A DNA stretch of 63,045 nucleotides, the filler included, from Bigelowiella natans CCMP2755 (taxonomy: Eukaryota > Protista > Cercozoa): NCBI GenBank assembly GCA_000320545.1. It is 6 parts of 6 records of this genome, joined end to end, with 100 filler letters (N's around TTAATTAATTAA, not from the genome) between each part and the next. Parts side by side here need not be neighbours in the genome. Positions count along the whole stretch, not along the records: positions 50,663 to 53,875 come from ADNK01001350.1; positions 53,976 to 60,960 come from ADNK01000454.1; positions 61,061 to 63,045 come from ADNK01001340.1; 3 more parts are not named here. The stretch is one strand, 5' to 3'. Below, piece by piece: positions 52,647 through 63,045 of the stretch. Made by a program: the position numbers and the translations under genes. The notes under the pieces were generated by a model, which saw only the letters and a list, made by a program, of their open reading frames with translations, ran no database searches and had not been told where the DNA came from. Numbering within the stretch: position 1 is the first letter of the stretch; every line of letters begins with the position of its first letter.

Positions 52647-52902
52647 GCGAGGAAATGCTGTTAAGTGAGAGGAGGGAGGGGTAAGGGGGGGGGGCGGGGG
52701 GGAGGGGGGCTCGCAGTATTAGAAGAACTCTCATGGCACGATAATGACAACCTTGTATCCTTCGTCCCGAGTCTTGCTTGGGGTTTGAAGAAGTATCCTG
52801 TGACGTCATTGGCGTGATAGGATCATGTGACAGAGTGGAATCTAGCGCTGTTGTTCCCTGTATATTACATAAGTGTATTTAAAATAATGATGCAGTTTTT
52901 AT

Positions 52903-52960
<58 letters not shown>

Positions 52961-53660
52961 TCATTTGTCTACATATATTTCCCAAAGGCCGCGAGGCTGA
53001 CAAAGCCATTCTCCTCGCCTCATTATTGCTCGGGTTCGGCCTAGACGCGTACGTGTGCGTGGGGAATAGACGACGAAGCGACAAGAAAACGGGAGGTGCG
53101 CCCCTTTCCTTAGCCGCTGCCTGCAGCTGCTGCTACCAAAATGAGAACATGAAGATATAGGAATTTAGATCGGAAAGTGCTGATTTATGCATGATAGGGA
53201 GGCAGGAGGAGGAGGGGGGGGGGAGGGGGGGGAAAGGAGGATGATTCCAGTCAATCAATTGATCGAGCCTTAAGATCTGGAGCAGTGCGTGTACCTTGTC
53301 TTTGCCGTTTTTCTAGTGCTAATGTGCATGCTGTTTGTGTGTGATCCAGTTGTCGTATCGTCCAAACCGCCAGAGGCTGTGTTTGTGCTGACTCGTGTGT
53401 CCAAAGGAGGTGAGAGCGGGAAAGGGGGTGGGGGGAGGGGAGGGGGGGCTGATTTTTGTAGATGCACACTTGAGGATGTGTGTGTGTTAATGATAATGGT
53501 GATGAGGAGGATCATATAATGATTGCACTTCCATTACCCCTCCCCGCCCCCCCCTCATGCTTGCGTGAGAGCATGAGCGTATTGCTCCTGGGGGGGGGAA
53601 TCACTTGCCTTTGTTCCGAGGGGGGGGTGTGCATTTGGGAGGCTGCGACGGGGAGGAGGG
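51453..53660 (+). CDS. CEP76: Centrosomal protein CEP76-like, internal exons
   Basis: WWKEFTEIRPSHRHRLVRLFAQ, DTPLHAARFVSL, MWCRPLTTL, ADKAILLASLLLGFGLDAYVCVG and VCIWEAATG match CEP76 in order. Confidence 0.8.
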
Positions 53661-53729
53661 GCTTCTTCGATGAGGAAAACGGGTAGCATTATTACTTCCA
53701 CGATTGGTTGATGAACACAGGATATGTAC

Positions 53730-53776
<47 letters not shown>

Positions 53777-54104
53777 ATACATAAGTGATGTGTTTCAATG
53801 AGATGTGAAGGATTATAATGCCGCTCTCATCCTCATCTATGGCAACACTACTCCTCTACCCTACCCCCCCCCCCTNNNNNNNNNNNNNNNNNNNNNNNNN
53901 NNNNNNNNNNNNNNNNNNNTTAATTAATTAANNNNNNNNNNNNNNNNNNNNNNNNNNNNNNNNNNNNNNNNNNNNTAGTTGTCATCTTCATCCTCGTTGG
54001 CACGATCAACATTATCATCTTCGTCATCATTCGTTGTGTCATCGTCGTCAGTGATACTCGTCATCACCTCTCATTTTCCATACTCTTCGCATCGCATCCT
54101 GTAG

Positions 54105-54230
54105 AGCTGTACGAGGGTACTGTGACGCTGCTGAAGCATTACAAGGACGGAAGGACGTTCCAGATAAAGTGGTAGATGATCAGACTTTAAACCTACACAC
54201 ACACACACACACACACAATATATATATACA

Positions 54231-54269
<39 letters not shown>

Positions 54270-55625
54270 GTGTGTGTGTGTGTGTGTGTGTGTACATTTC
54301 AGGCTGCAATCGGGTAAATCACTCGTACTACGTGCTGCAACGCCGAAAACCGCGCGGATTTGGATAAAAACTTTAAGTCTTCTGACCAACGCAGAGGTGC
54401 CTATTCCTGCTGCCGCTTCTTCATCCTTCCAATCAGAATCAGCGGGGATTGCTATCATCATCATCATCACCATCATCATCATCGGCACTGTCGACACACA
54501 CCATGCACACCATGCACACACGTATATGGACGGACGCACACACGCGCATTTGTAATGATCATCTCCACATCGGCCAGCAAATCCAACGACAAACACACCT
54601 TTCTTCCCCCAGATTCAGAGTGCGATGAAAGAATTGCACGCGAAGATGAAACGGTAGTATAGATCCATTCGTGCGATCATTCCCTCCCCCCCCCCCCCCA
54701 CCCCTCGCGCGTCGGCCCGCACGTTTGGACGACAATTATGACTAGTTGTGTCGTCATCATCGCCTCGCTTTGCTAGATGAATAATAAACGGTACTCCGTC
54801 TCCGTCCCTCTCAGCTTCGAGATCACGCTGCATGAATATGAGAAGCTCTTATTCAGCATTACGAGCTTAGACGAGGAGGATGAGGAGGATGAGGAGAAGG
54901 AGGAGGAGGAGGAAGAGACAGCAGCACCGTCACCATCGGCAGGAGGAGGACGAGGGGGGGGGGCGGCGCGCGAGGGACGAAGAGAAGCCGCCGGAAACAT
55001 GCCCAGCGCGACGATATCAGACGAGGAAGCATCAAGTGAGAAGAAGAAGAAGAAGAGAGATGTAGCATCATCATCGTCGTCACCATCTCCCGGCGAAGTG
55101 GTTTCCGGAGCCCGAAGATCCACCACCACCACCGCTGCTGCTGCTGCTGCTGCTGCTGCTACGACTACGACTAGGACTACGACTTCGAGGTCACCAGCAC
55201 GTAGGCGTGGCAGATTGAGCGGGAACTCGTTACTGAAGCAGCTTAGGGCAGAGAGCAAGGTCCAAGAGGCACGCCAGTTGGAAGAGTGGGCGACGGCTCT
55301 TGCCCGTGAGTGCTCCTCCAAGCCGCCAAGCCTCCAAGTGCAATGCCTGGCGGATATAGCACAGGTATATATGTGTGTGTGTGTGTGCGTGCGTGCGTGT
55401 GTGTGCGTGTGTGTACGTGTGCTTGCCCATAGTAATAGTCCATTGGTAAAGTCAAAGGCAACAGAAGACAGAGCAGCGTGATGGTTACTTTGGTGACATA
55501 CTCGCCTCCTCCTCCCCCTATCGCAGGTGTTAGGCGAACACTTAGCTGAGGGAGAAATTGCGCAGCAAAGCTACGATCATATTGTCAAAGCGTCAAGCGA
55601 GATCATATTTGGAAGAGCTACTTAA
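54105..55625 (+). CDS. 3' exons of a PH-domain-containing protein
   Basis: DGRTFQIK|LQSGKSLVLRAATPKTARIWIKTL fits the PH beta7/C-terminal helix with the conserved Trp. Ends ...IIFGRAT* at 55623-55625. Confidence 0.6.
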
Positions 55626-55633
55626 AATCGCAA

Positions 55634-55674
<41 letters not shown>

Positions 55675-55675
<1 letters not shown>

Positions 55676-55714
55676 GAGACGGATGTAATGAAATGTTTAA
55701 ATTGTTTCAATGGT
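55675..55714 (-). mobile_element. ~40-bp 5'-truncated LINE 3' end embedded in a (TA)n microsatellite
   Basis: TGAGACGGATGTAATGAA...TTTCAATGGT matches 31575-31613 and has (TA)n on both sides. Confidence 0.7.
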
Positions 55715-56279
55715 ATATATATATATTCAAATGTAAAGATATAATGAAAGAGAGTAAACATTTGTACAATTTTTGGTTAATAAACCATTGCACCGTATAT
55801 CGACTTGTAATCTGATATAAATTACTCTACTATGGCATATGAGGCATGCATTGACACATAGCATTTGTATGTGTATGTCTATGTGCAAGCTATGAATTGG
55901 GTGACGTCAATCCAAACACGACAACTGTTGGAAGTTTAATGTCTCCATGGTGCTATACCATTGCATCGTATTGCTGCACGAGTAGCGCACGTAGATGCCT
56001 TGCTAGCTTGTGTGTTTCATTGCGACGGATATGTACAGTCTTAGGCTTTATTTTTGGCTGCATGTTGACGAAAGTACGCACATCAACTGTGTGAACCATG
56101 CAATTTTTTACTAATTAGAAGCTACATCGATAACGATTCGCTGCGCGCACTCTAAATTATGGCACAAAAGTAGAGCCATGCTACGTATGTTTGTTATCTA
56201 GCCTAGTCATTCATTCATTCGTACTCAAAATCACCATAGTCATCCTTATCATAAACGCCGCCGCCGTAGCTCGAGCGAC

Positions 56280-56899
56280 TACTCCTGAACCTTCCTGCGT
56301 CCCTGAAACAAATCGGCAAGAAGTCGACTCATTGGCGCAATTCCGGCTACGTTTGAAGCATCACCCACCCACCCACCTTATACCTTATGCACCGGGGGAA
56401 TGAAACGCAACAACATAAATACAATAAGCATGATGGATAGCATTGGTGGCGGCAGTACGACTCGATTTTGCTCCTCCTGTGCGCTGAGGACACCCATAAA
56501 ACTTACTTACCGTTTCAGCTGGTTGAGAGCCTTGAGGTTCTCCTTGGAAAGGAATTGGGAGGAGGCGGAGGAGCCATTTCCCATGCCTAAATACACAACA
56601 GCAAATCGCACGCACTCTCCCTCACTCACGCGCTCTCCCACTCACCGGACGATCGACGATGAAACGAATGGCAGTGGGAGCTCTATATCCCTCTATTGGG
56701 TGGGGCTTTATGGGGGTGGGGATAAATGCGTATGAACTGACCTCCCTTCAACCCGAATTGCCGCATGGCCTGCAGTTCTGAAAGCGCCATCATTCCAATC
56801 CGTGATGATGGTGATGATGATGATGATAATGGTGGTGGTGGTGGTGGTGGTATTGCTACTGCTGTTGTTGTTGACGATGAATGAAAACACACACTCACA

Positions 56900-56936
<37 letters not shown>

Positions 56937-57799
56937 GGCATAACGATACGCTTACACGCTAAGCGAACGTTTATGTATATGAGGGGGGGGGAGAGGGGTA
57001 GCGATAGATACTTTTGATGATGTCCTCTGGTGGTGGTTTAGCCCTCTTCCTCCTATAAATCAGCAGTTTCAGGGGAAGAAGGAGCAGCACAAGAAGACGG
57101 AGAAGGAGATAACTCAAGACTCACAGAACGTCTCTAGCTATGTCTGATGATACAATCTGCTGCAGTTTATGAAGAAACTTCGATCTTAGCGCTGCTTACG
57201 ATTGGAAAAACACGAATCGTGTGCATGGAAACGACTGCTACTATTTACTAATTATCGTTGAAATGAGCAGGTGACGAGGAAGAAGCATCTCCGTCCCATC
57301 GCCACATTAATATCACCCTTTGCAGCAGGCCTGGTAGACTACCACGCCGATTATGCTGATAAACAGCAACGGCACCTGATAATAATAGCGTGGGCGGGCG
57401 AGATAAAGAAGAAGAAGAAGAAGAAGAAGGAAAAAGAGGAAGGAAAAGAGCAGTCATAATTGGGAAAATCGACGGCCACAAAATCAAATTAGATGAGGGC
57501 CGAAGACCACAAACCGAGGTTCATACACGTAAAGCACACACACACACACACACGCGCGCGCGCATAAGAGAGCATCTGGTAAAGTCAAGAATACATAGCA
57601 CACAATGAGAAACAACGATCACCACCATCATCACCACCTTATGGAACGGCAATGGCGAGTTCTGCCGAGATGATTTACTACCCTTTGCCTTTGCAGAACA
57701 ACGAGGAGGAAGGGGGGGGAAGGAGGGAGAGGCGTATAGATGCGTTATCGTCAGAAGATGCTGGAACTGTGACGGTCACACGAGAGCATCACGAAAGGG

Positions 57800-57840
<41 letters not shown>

Positions 57841-57895
57841 TATGAATTAATAAATGAATAAATAAACAGATATAAAGAGGAGGGGGAGAGAGAGA

Positions 57896-57936
<41 letters not shown>

Positions 57937-58366
57937 GGAGAGAGGGAAGCAAGAATTTACTCGCACAGGGGATTGTACCTCGAAAATATGAACCACTGAT
58001 AATGATGGTGCTGATGACGATGATGATGAAGGAAGCTGCTCAGCGCATGCCACGTATTGAATCTGTCTGTCCGTCAGGCCGACGGCAATTATCTAACATA
58101 AAGGAGAGAGGGAGGGGGGGAGGGGAAGGACCGGGGCATTTATGGACGATAAAGTAGCTGAATTTCACTCTGTTTTGATTATTATGTTACACAATGTCTG
58201 TGCGAATATACTTGCTTCCTGTCCTCATCGTCGTGTTCTCTCTCCCCCCCTTCGATTGACTTGAGTTCTCGGATGAGGCTCAAAGGCCTGTTGGTAGAAA
58301 GGGCGGAGGGGGGGAAGGAAAAGTCAGGAACTCATCATTGAACATTGTAGATCATCATCGTTTTTG

Positions 58367-58400
<34 letters not shown>

Positions 58401-59249
58401 TGCTAAATTGCTTTGGGTCGTCGCTTGATATATTTTTACCTGAGCACGCTTGAGATGTTGAACCTGATGGATGATGATGCTCACGATGACGACGATGATG
58501 ATGATAGTAATGATAGGAGCACACCATAATCATGGTTGTTGGAGAGTAAGGATGATGATGATGATGATGATGACGACGACGATGATGATGATATCATGAA
58601 GGATGGCCAGTGTATAAACTTGGAAATTAAGGTAAATTCTATACTAATTGTACAATATATTTATCTTATATATATACTATACATATATAGTTCTACTTGC
58701 AAATAAATATGTGTATGTGCATACGCAAAGAAATCTGTCCTTTGTTCTGACCCCTCCCACCCCCCCCTGTCACCCACGCGAAGATCTTCCCAGCGCCGCT
58801 CGCGACAATCATCATGTTGAAGGCGGAGGACACAGCAGCAACTGCATTTTGGATGGAAAAAAGACGGCGACGAGTGAGCGAAGAAAGACCGAGCGAGCAT
58901 TGCATATGCGACATAAAGCTCAATCCATACACGCACCTTGTCTATCTGTCTATATGTGTGTGTGCGCGCGCGCGCGTGTGTGTGTGTGTTTAAGAGAGAG
59001 AGTGGAGAGAGAGAGAGAGGAGGAGAGAGAATGGGAGAGATAAACTACGCTTCGATCATGAGCGAGGCGGCTAATCATCATCATCATCATCATCATCGTC
59101 ATCATCATCCACCACCATCATCACCTTGGATCTTCTTCTCCTCGCTGCTCGACGATGATAGCGTTTCAATCCCACGCATGACTTGACACAAGACTCCCTG
59201 TGGTAGTTCGTCATCACCATACCGCAACATCGTAATCGTGAACAGTCAT

Positions 59250-59280
<31 letters not shown>

Positions 59281-60530
59281 AGCAGCAAGACGTCGTCTCG
59301 ACCTGGCGGTTTTTATCCGCGACAACCTCCACGATGCTTCCTCCATTATCGACGAGGAACATGCGCTTATAGAGATTGTGGGACAACGAGGTAATATCAG
59401 TATTGAGGAGTCGTTTCACCAGCTGCTCTCTTGTTTTTAATGTAGCTCGATGATTATTTCAATCTCCGTCTAATCAATCTTCAATCTTCGTCTACCTTGG
59501 GGAACGTTGCTCTCCTCACAAGCCCAACTACACGTCCGTTCGGCCATTTCCCCCTCACGGGATCTTGAGGAGGGGAGGAGGAGGAGGAGGAGGAGGAGGC
59601 CACAATAGAGGGGCGGTGACGAGGCAAGAATACAGAGAGAAAATTAACACGAGGAGGGAAGAACTCACTCAACCATATATGTCCATGCCACCGTTGTGAG
59701 TCACAACAACAGAGCTGCTACGAGCGATATCACGACAGAATGAATGTGTGTTTACCAACCTCCAGAGCGTGTGGTGAGCTCGTCGTATGGGCAAAACACG
59801 CCTACTCAGCATTATCAGCAGTGGCCAGGACGTCGTATGAGGGAGATACGAACGACGATAAAGACAGCATTGGTGGTGGTGGTGGTGGTGGTTGTGGTGA
59901 TGCTGATAATAGGCCCCCCCCCCCCCCCCCCCTCCCCTCTCTGTCGGGTACCGAGCTGGACGCTCTTTGCCAGGACTCTGGCAAATCCTGACAGAATAGA
60001 AGAATAGAAGAACAACACGAAATGGCCGCGCACACGGGAGAACACGATGGAAGGAACATCAGAATGCAAAGCAAAGGCGCGCGCGCGCGCGCACACACAC
60101 ACACACACACACTCGCAGATATACAGACTAACTACTATCACCACCACCACCACCACCATCACCACATCCAAACTTCAATCTTTAGCTGCTATCTTACACA
60201 CGCTCTCCAGAGCGGCATCAGTATGAAAGTGCGCTGGAAGTGGGATCACGAATGCGACAGATCTCAAATTCTTTCTTCTCCTTCTTCTTCTTCTTCTTTA
60301 TCATCATCATCATCCTCATTATCCTTCATCTGCATCATCTTCGTCTTTTCACTCTTACCTACTGCTACTGCTGCTGCTACTCTCACTACTTCTACTACAA
60401 CTACTACTACCACTCCTTCTACTGTTACAACTAGTCGGTAAGGGTACCGTAGCCCTCATCAGTCGCATAGACGAATGTTCTATCATAGAGGGTGGAGATC
60501 CTGTAAAGGCTCTTTCCCTGCACACTGTAT
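56280..60530 (-). CDS. Hypothetical multi-exon gene, possibly a beta-propeller
   Basis: AG/GT-bounded segments between microsatellites translate to beta-rich peptides (LYRISTLYDRTFVYATDEG, RMFLVDNGGSIVEV, MIVASGAGKIFAWV, IIAVGLTDRQIQYV). No family recognised. Confidence 0.35.
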
Positions 60531-60785
60531 AGTAAGTAGTCATAGTAGTCGTCGTAGTAGTGTCAGAGTGTGATGCGTAAAGAAGGAAGGGTAAAAGGGG
60601 GGATGCAGAAAGAGAGAGAGAGAGAGAGGGAGGATGGGTGAGGCAGTAATGTCCATGTAATTCGCTCCTCCTCCTCCTTCTCCTCCCCCCCCCCTCCTCC
60701 TCCGCCTCTCTCCGACGACACCTTTGAGCTCCCGTTTGCGTGAGATTCCCCGTCCAAGTCGTTAGCAGTCCCGACTAGGGAGAGG

Positions 60786-60830
<45 letters not shown>

Positions 60831-61163
60831 GGGGGGGAAGAGGGGGGGGGCAGCAAGTGGCATTCACGGGGATAATGGAGGGGTGGAAAAACCAAATAAT
60901 ACACCGTCACACGTCAAACAGCTGGGACTAATTACTATTACAAACTATTTCCACCCCCCCNNNNNNNNNNNNNNNNNNNNNNNNNNNNNNNNNNNNNNNN
61001 NNNNTTAATTAATTAANNNNNNNNNNNNNNNNNNNNNNNNNNNNNNNNNNNNNNNNNNNNTCCAGACGAATCGGGCGTAATATATTCTAATTAAAATTAT
61101 AAAAACGATTCGCCCTTCCTCCCTCCCCCTCCCCCCCCACCCCACCCTCCCAACCCTTTTAAC

Positions 61164-61657
61164 CTATGACCATTTCCATCTAGGCGTTACGAGTGAGACG
61201 CTGGCCAAACGGGCTGCTAAGCTTGCCATCATCGAAGGGACGAAAGCAAATATCATTGGTTGATATCGCTGCGTCCATGATGATGATGACGATGATGATG
61301 ATGACGACGACGATGATGATGATAGTGATGGTGGTAATGCTCGTGAAAATGGTTGAAACAACGATGATGATAAGCATGATGGTAGAAACGTTCTTCCCTT
61401 CCTTGTTATGTGCAACGTGTGCGTGTGATGTGTGCGTGCGTGCGTGTGTTCCCGCATTAATCGTCGTCCTTCTACGTGCAAAATGTACAGGGCCTGCATT
61501 GAAAGCTGCAGTCGGGGGGATCGTCGGCGGCGCAGTAGTGAGTTTCCAATAGACCCCCGAAGAACTTATCCATCAACACGGAGATCCATAGCGAGACTGC
61601 AGTACCAGCAGAACCAGCAGCAATGTTTGTTTCGTCGAGGGGCATATTCGTCATTTC

Positions 61658-61698
<41 letters not shown>

Positions 61699-62480
61699 AC
61701 TTTGGTATGGCAATGTTCCTTGTCCAGCAGAGCCATACCAAATACCTACAATCGTCTTGCGTTTTTCTTTCTTCAGAGTTTCCTCTCTTAGAGGCATTTG
61801 GTGACGTATGATTAGGGGGGGGGATGGGCTGGCTACGTGGTGGCTTCCCAACTTGCACTGGAGAGGAAACGGCGAGAGGCTGAATTGAAAGGACGGAATG
61901 ACGATGACGGATCGAATGCCGACGGAAAGCCATCGTCGTCATCGTCATCATATCCAGAATCTCAAGAGGTGTTCAATTGTCTTTGTAGGGATAAGCCCAA
62001 TACGTGCCACCTACGTGTGCGTGTGTGGTATGTGCCTGCCGATTTTCCTAATTGTCTTCCTCGCCAGAGAAAGGCGGAAAAGAAGCACGAGGAAAGATCG
62101 GTATTTTTCGGCCTCGCACGTATTTTTGATCCAATGGACTTCAAGGTTGCTGAACAAGCCTGCATCATAGCCCACACACGTGCTTACATGCATGTACATA
62201 TACGTATACATGGTCAGTCGCATTATTTCTTGTCGCTGCTGTTGCTGTGATCATCCCACAATCATGCTGTCCTTCCTTCCTCCCCCCTCCCCCCCCTCGC
62301 CCCTTCCACATCTAGCTCATATCCGGGGAGAAGGGTAGCGGATTCTTCGGCAAAATCGTTGTCGCGGAACGGAAAGCCACGGGGAACATGGTGAGATCAG
62401 AGTAGAAGCTACAAAGAATCGGAGTTTCTTTTAGTTCTGTGATGGATATGTTCCTGCCTTGTGGACAAGACGTGAATCAT
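61164..62480 (-). CDS. Possible hypothetical multi-exon gene fragment
   Basis: Complex segments between microsatellites carry plausible splice sites (e.g. GLFSNLEVHWIKN, GIWYGSAGQGTLPY). No motif recognised. Confidence 0.25.
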
Positions 62481-62666
62481 TAGCGCAGCAGCGTTTTCAG
62501 TGAAAGTGATGGATAGAAGAGACGCCAACAGCCTCTCTTCCATCCTCACGTCGTCGAATGTACGTACATATTGGTGCAGGTGGCTATAAAGGAGCAGAAG
62601 AAGAACGAGTGCATGAGGTATTTATGCTGTGGAATCGCAAAAAGCAACAATAAAACAACAACGACA

Positions 62667-62698
<32 letters not shown>

Positions 62699-62899
62699 AA
62701 TGATGCAATGATGACGATACGAATGGACATTACTTGTTTGTTGTCGTCGGTTTTGGTGCGACCTCCTTTATCCCCCCCCCCCCCTCCCATTTTATGATAA
62801 ATGCGCGGGCACATTTTCCTATCATCCTGATCTCGTCGTCGTCCTCCGGTATTTGCTTCAGTAACGAAGAGCTTGATGAAATGCAGGTTGTGGCTATAG

Positions 62900-62932
<33 letters not shown>

Positions 62933-63045
62933 ACGGGGGCGGTTTAAAAAGTGGTGCAATTTTTGCGCCCCTTAATGGGAGTAAAAATTCAAAAATAGAA
63001 ATAATAAATTTTTTTTTATTTTTACCATACTAAAATAATAAGGGC

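Larger units (their letters stand above)
93..62930. repeat. Pervasive intronic microsatellites ((CA)n, (TA)n, (GA)n, (CAT)n, (CTA)n, (CAG)n, poly-C/G)
   Basis: Dozens of perfect tracts, e.g. 93-138, 3231-3318, 11293-11333, 18880-19025, 54195-54292. They generate most of the low-complexity ORFs in the track. Confidence 0.95.

Noticed and set aside
61240-61280. WTQRYQP resembling the RFC/Rad17 WxxKYxP motif
   Set aside because: No Walker A motif or other AAA+ features follow within the contig.

Overview
Intron-rich, microsatellite-rich eukaryotic nuclear DNA from a protist. The style resembles a chlorarachniophyte, but I cannot confirm that from sequence. The window consists of six contigs joined by artificial 100-bp N44-TTAATTAATTAA-N44 linkers. 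Recognisable multi-exon genes: an archaemetzincin-type protease, a class I SAM methyltransferase (NPP motif), a RETSAT-like FAD oxidoreductase, an NCKX Na+/Ca2+-K+ exchanger, an ankyrin protein, a multi-pass membrane protein, a divergent DcpS-like HIT protein, CWC27, a CCCH zinc-finger protein, RRP4, a PUS7/TruD-like gene, a GLEBS-motif protein, partial ORC2 and CEP76, and a PH-domain protein. There is also a 5'-truncated, defective LINE (APE+RT) inserted in a (TA)n tract, two tiny 3' fragments of the same family, and a TA-flanked MITE-like element. The most striking unexplained signal is a set of sharply bounded ~1-kb tracts on repeats that are almost free of the dinucleotide TpA. The surviving TpAs lie mostly in CTAG (all ten in the 36.8-38.0 kb tract). 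Paired repeat copies show TpA->TpG/CpA differences. I infer a repeat-directed, context-specific A->G hypermutation process, the reverse direction to fungal RIP. All counts, exon structures and homology calls were made by eye from remembered family motifs and need computational confirmation.
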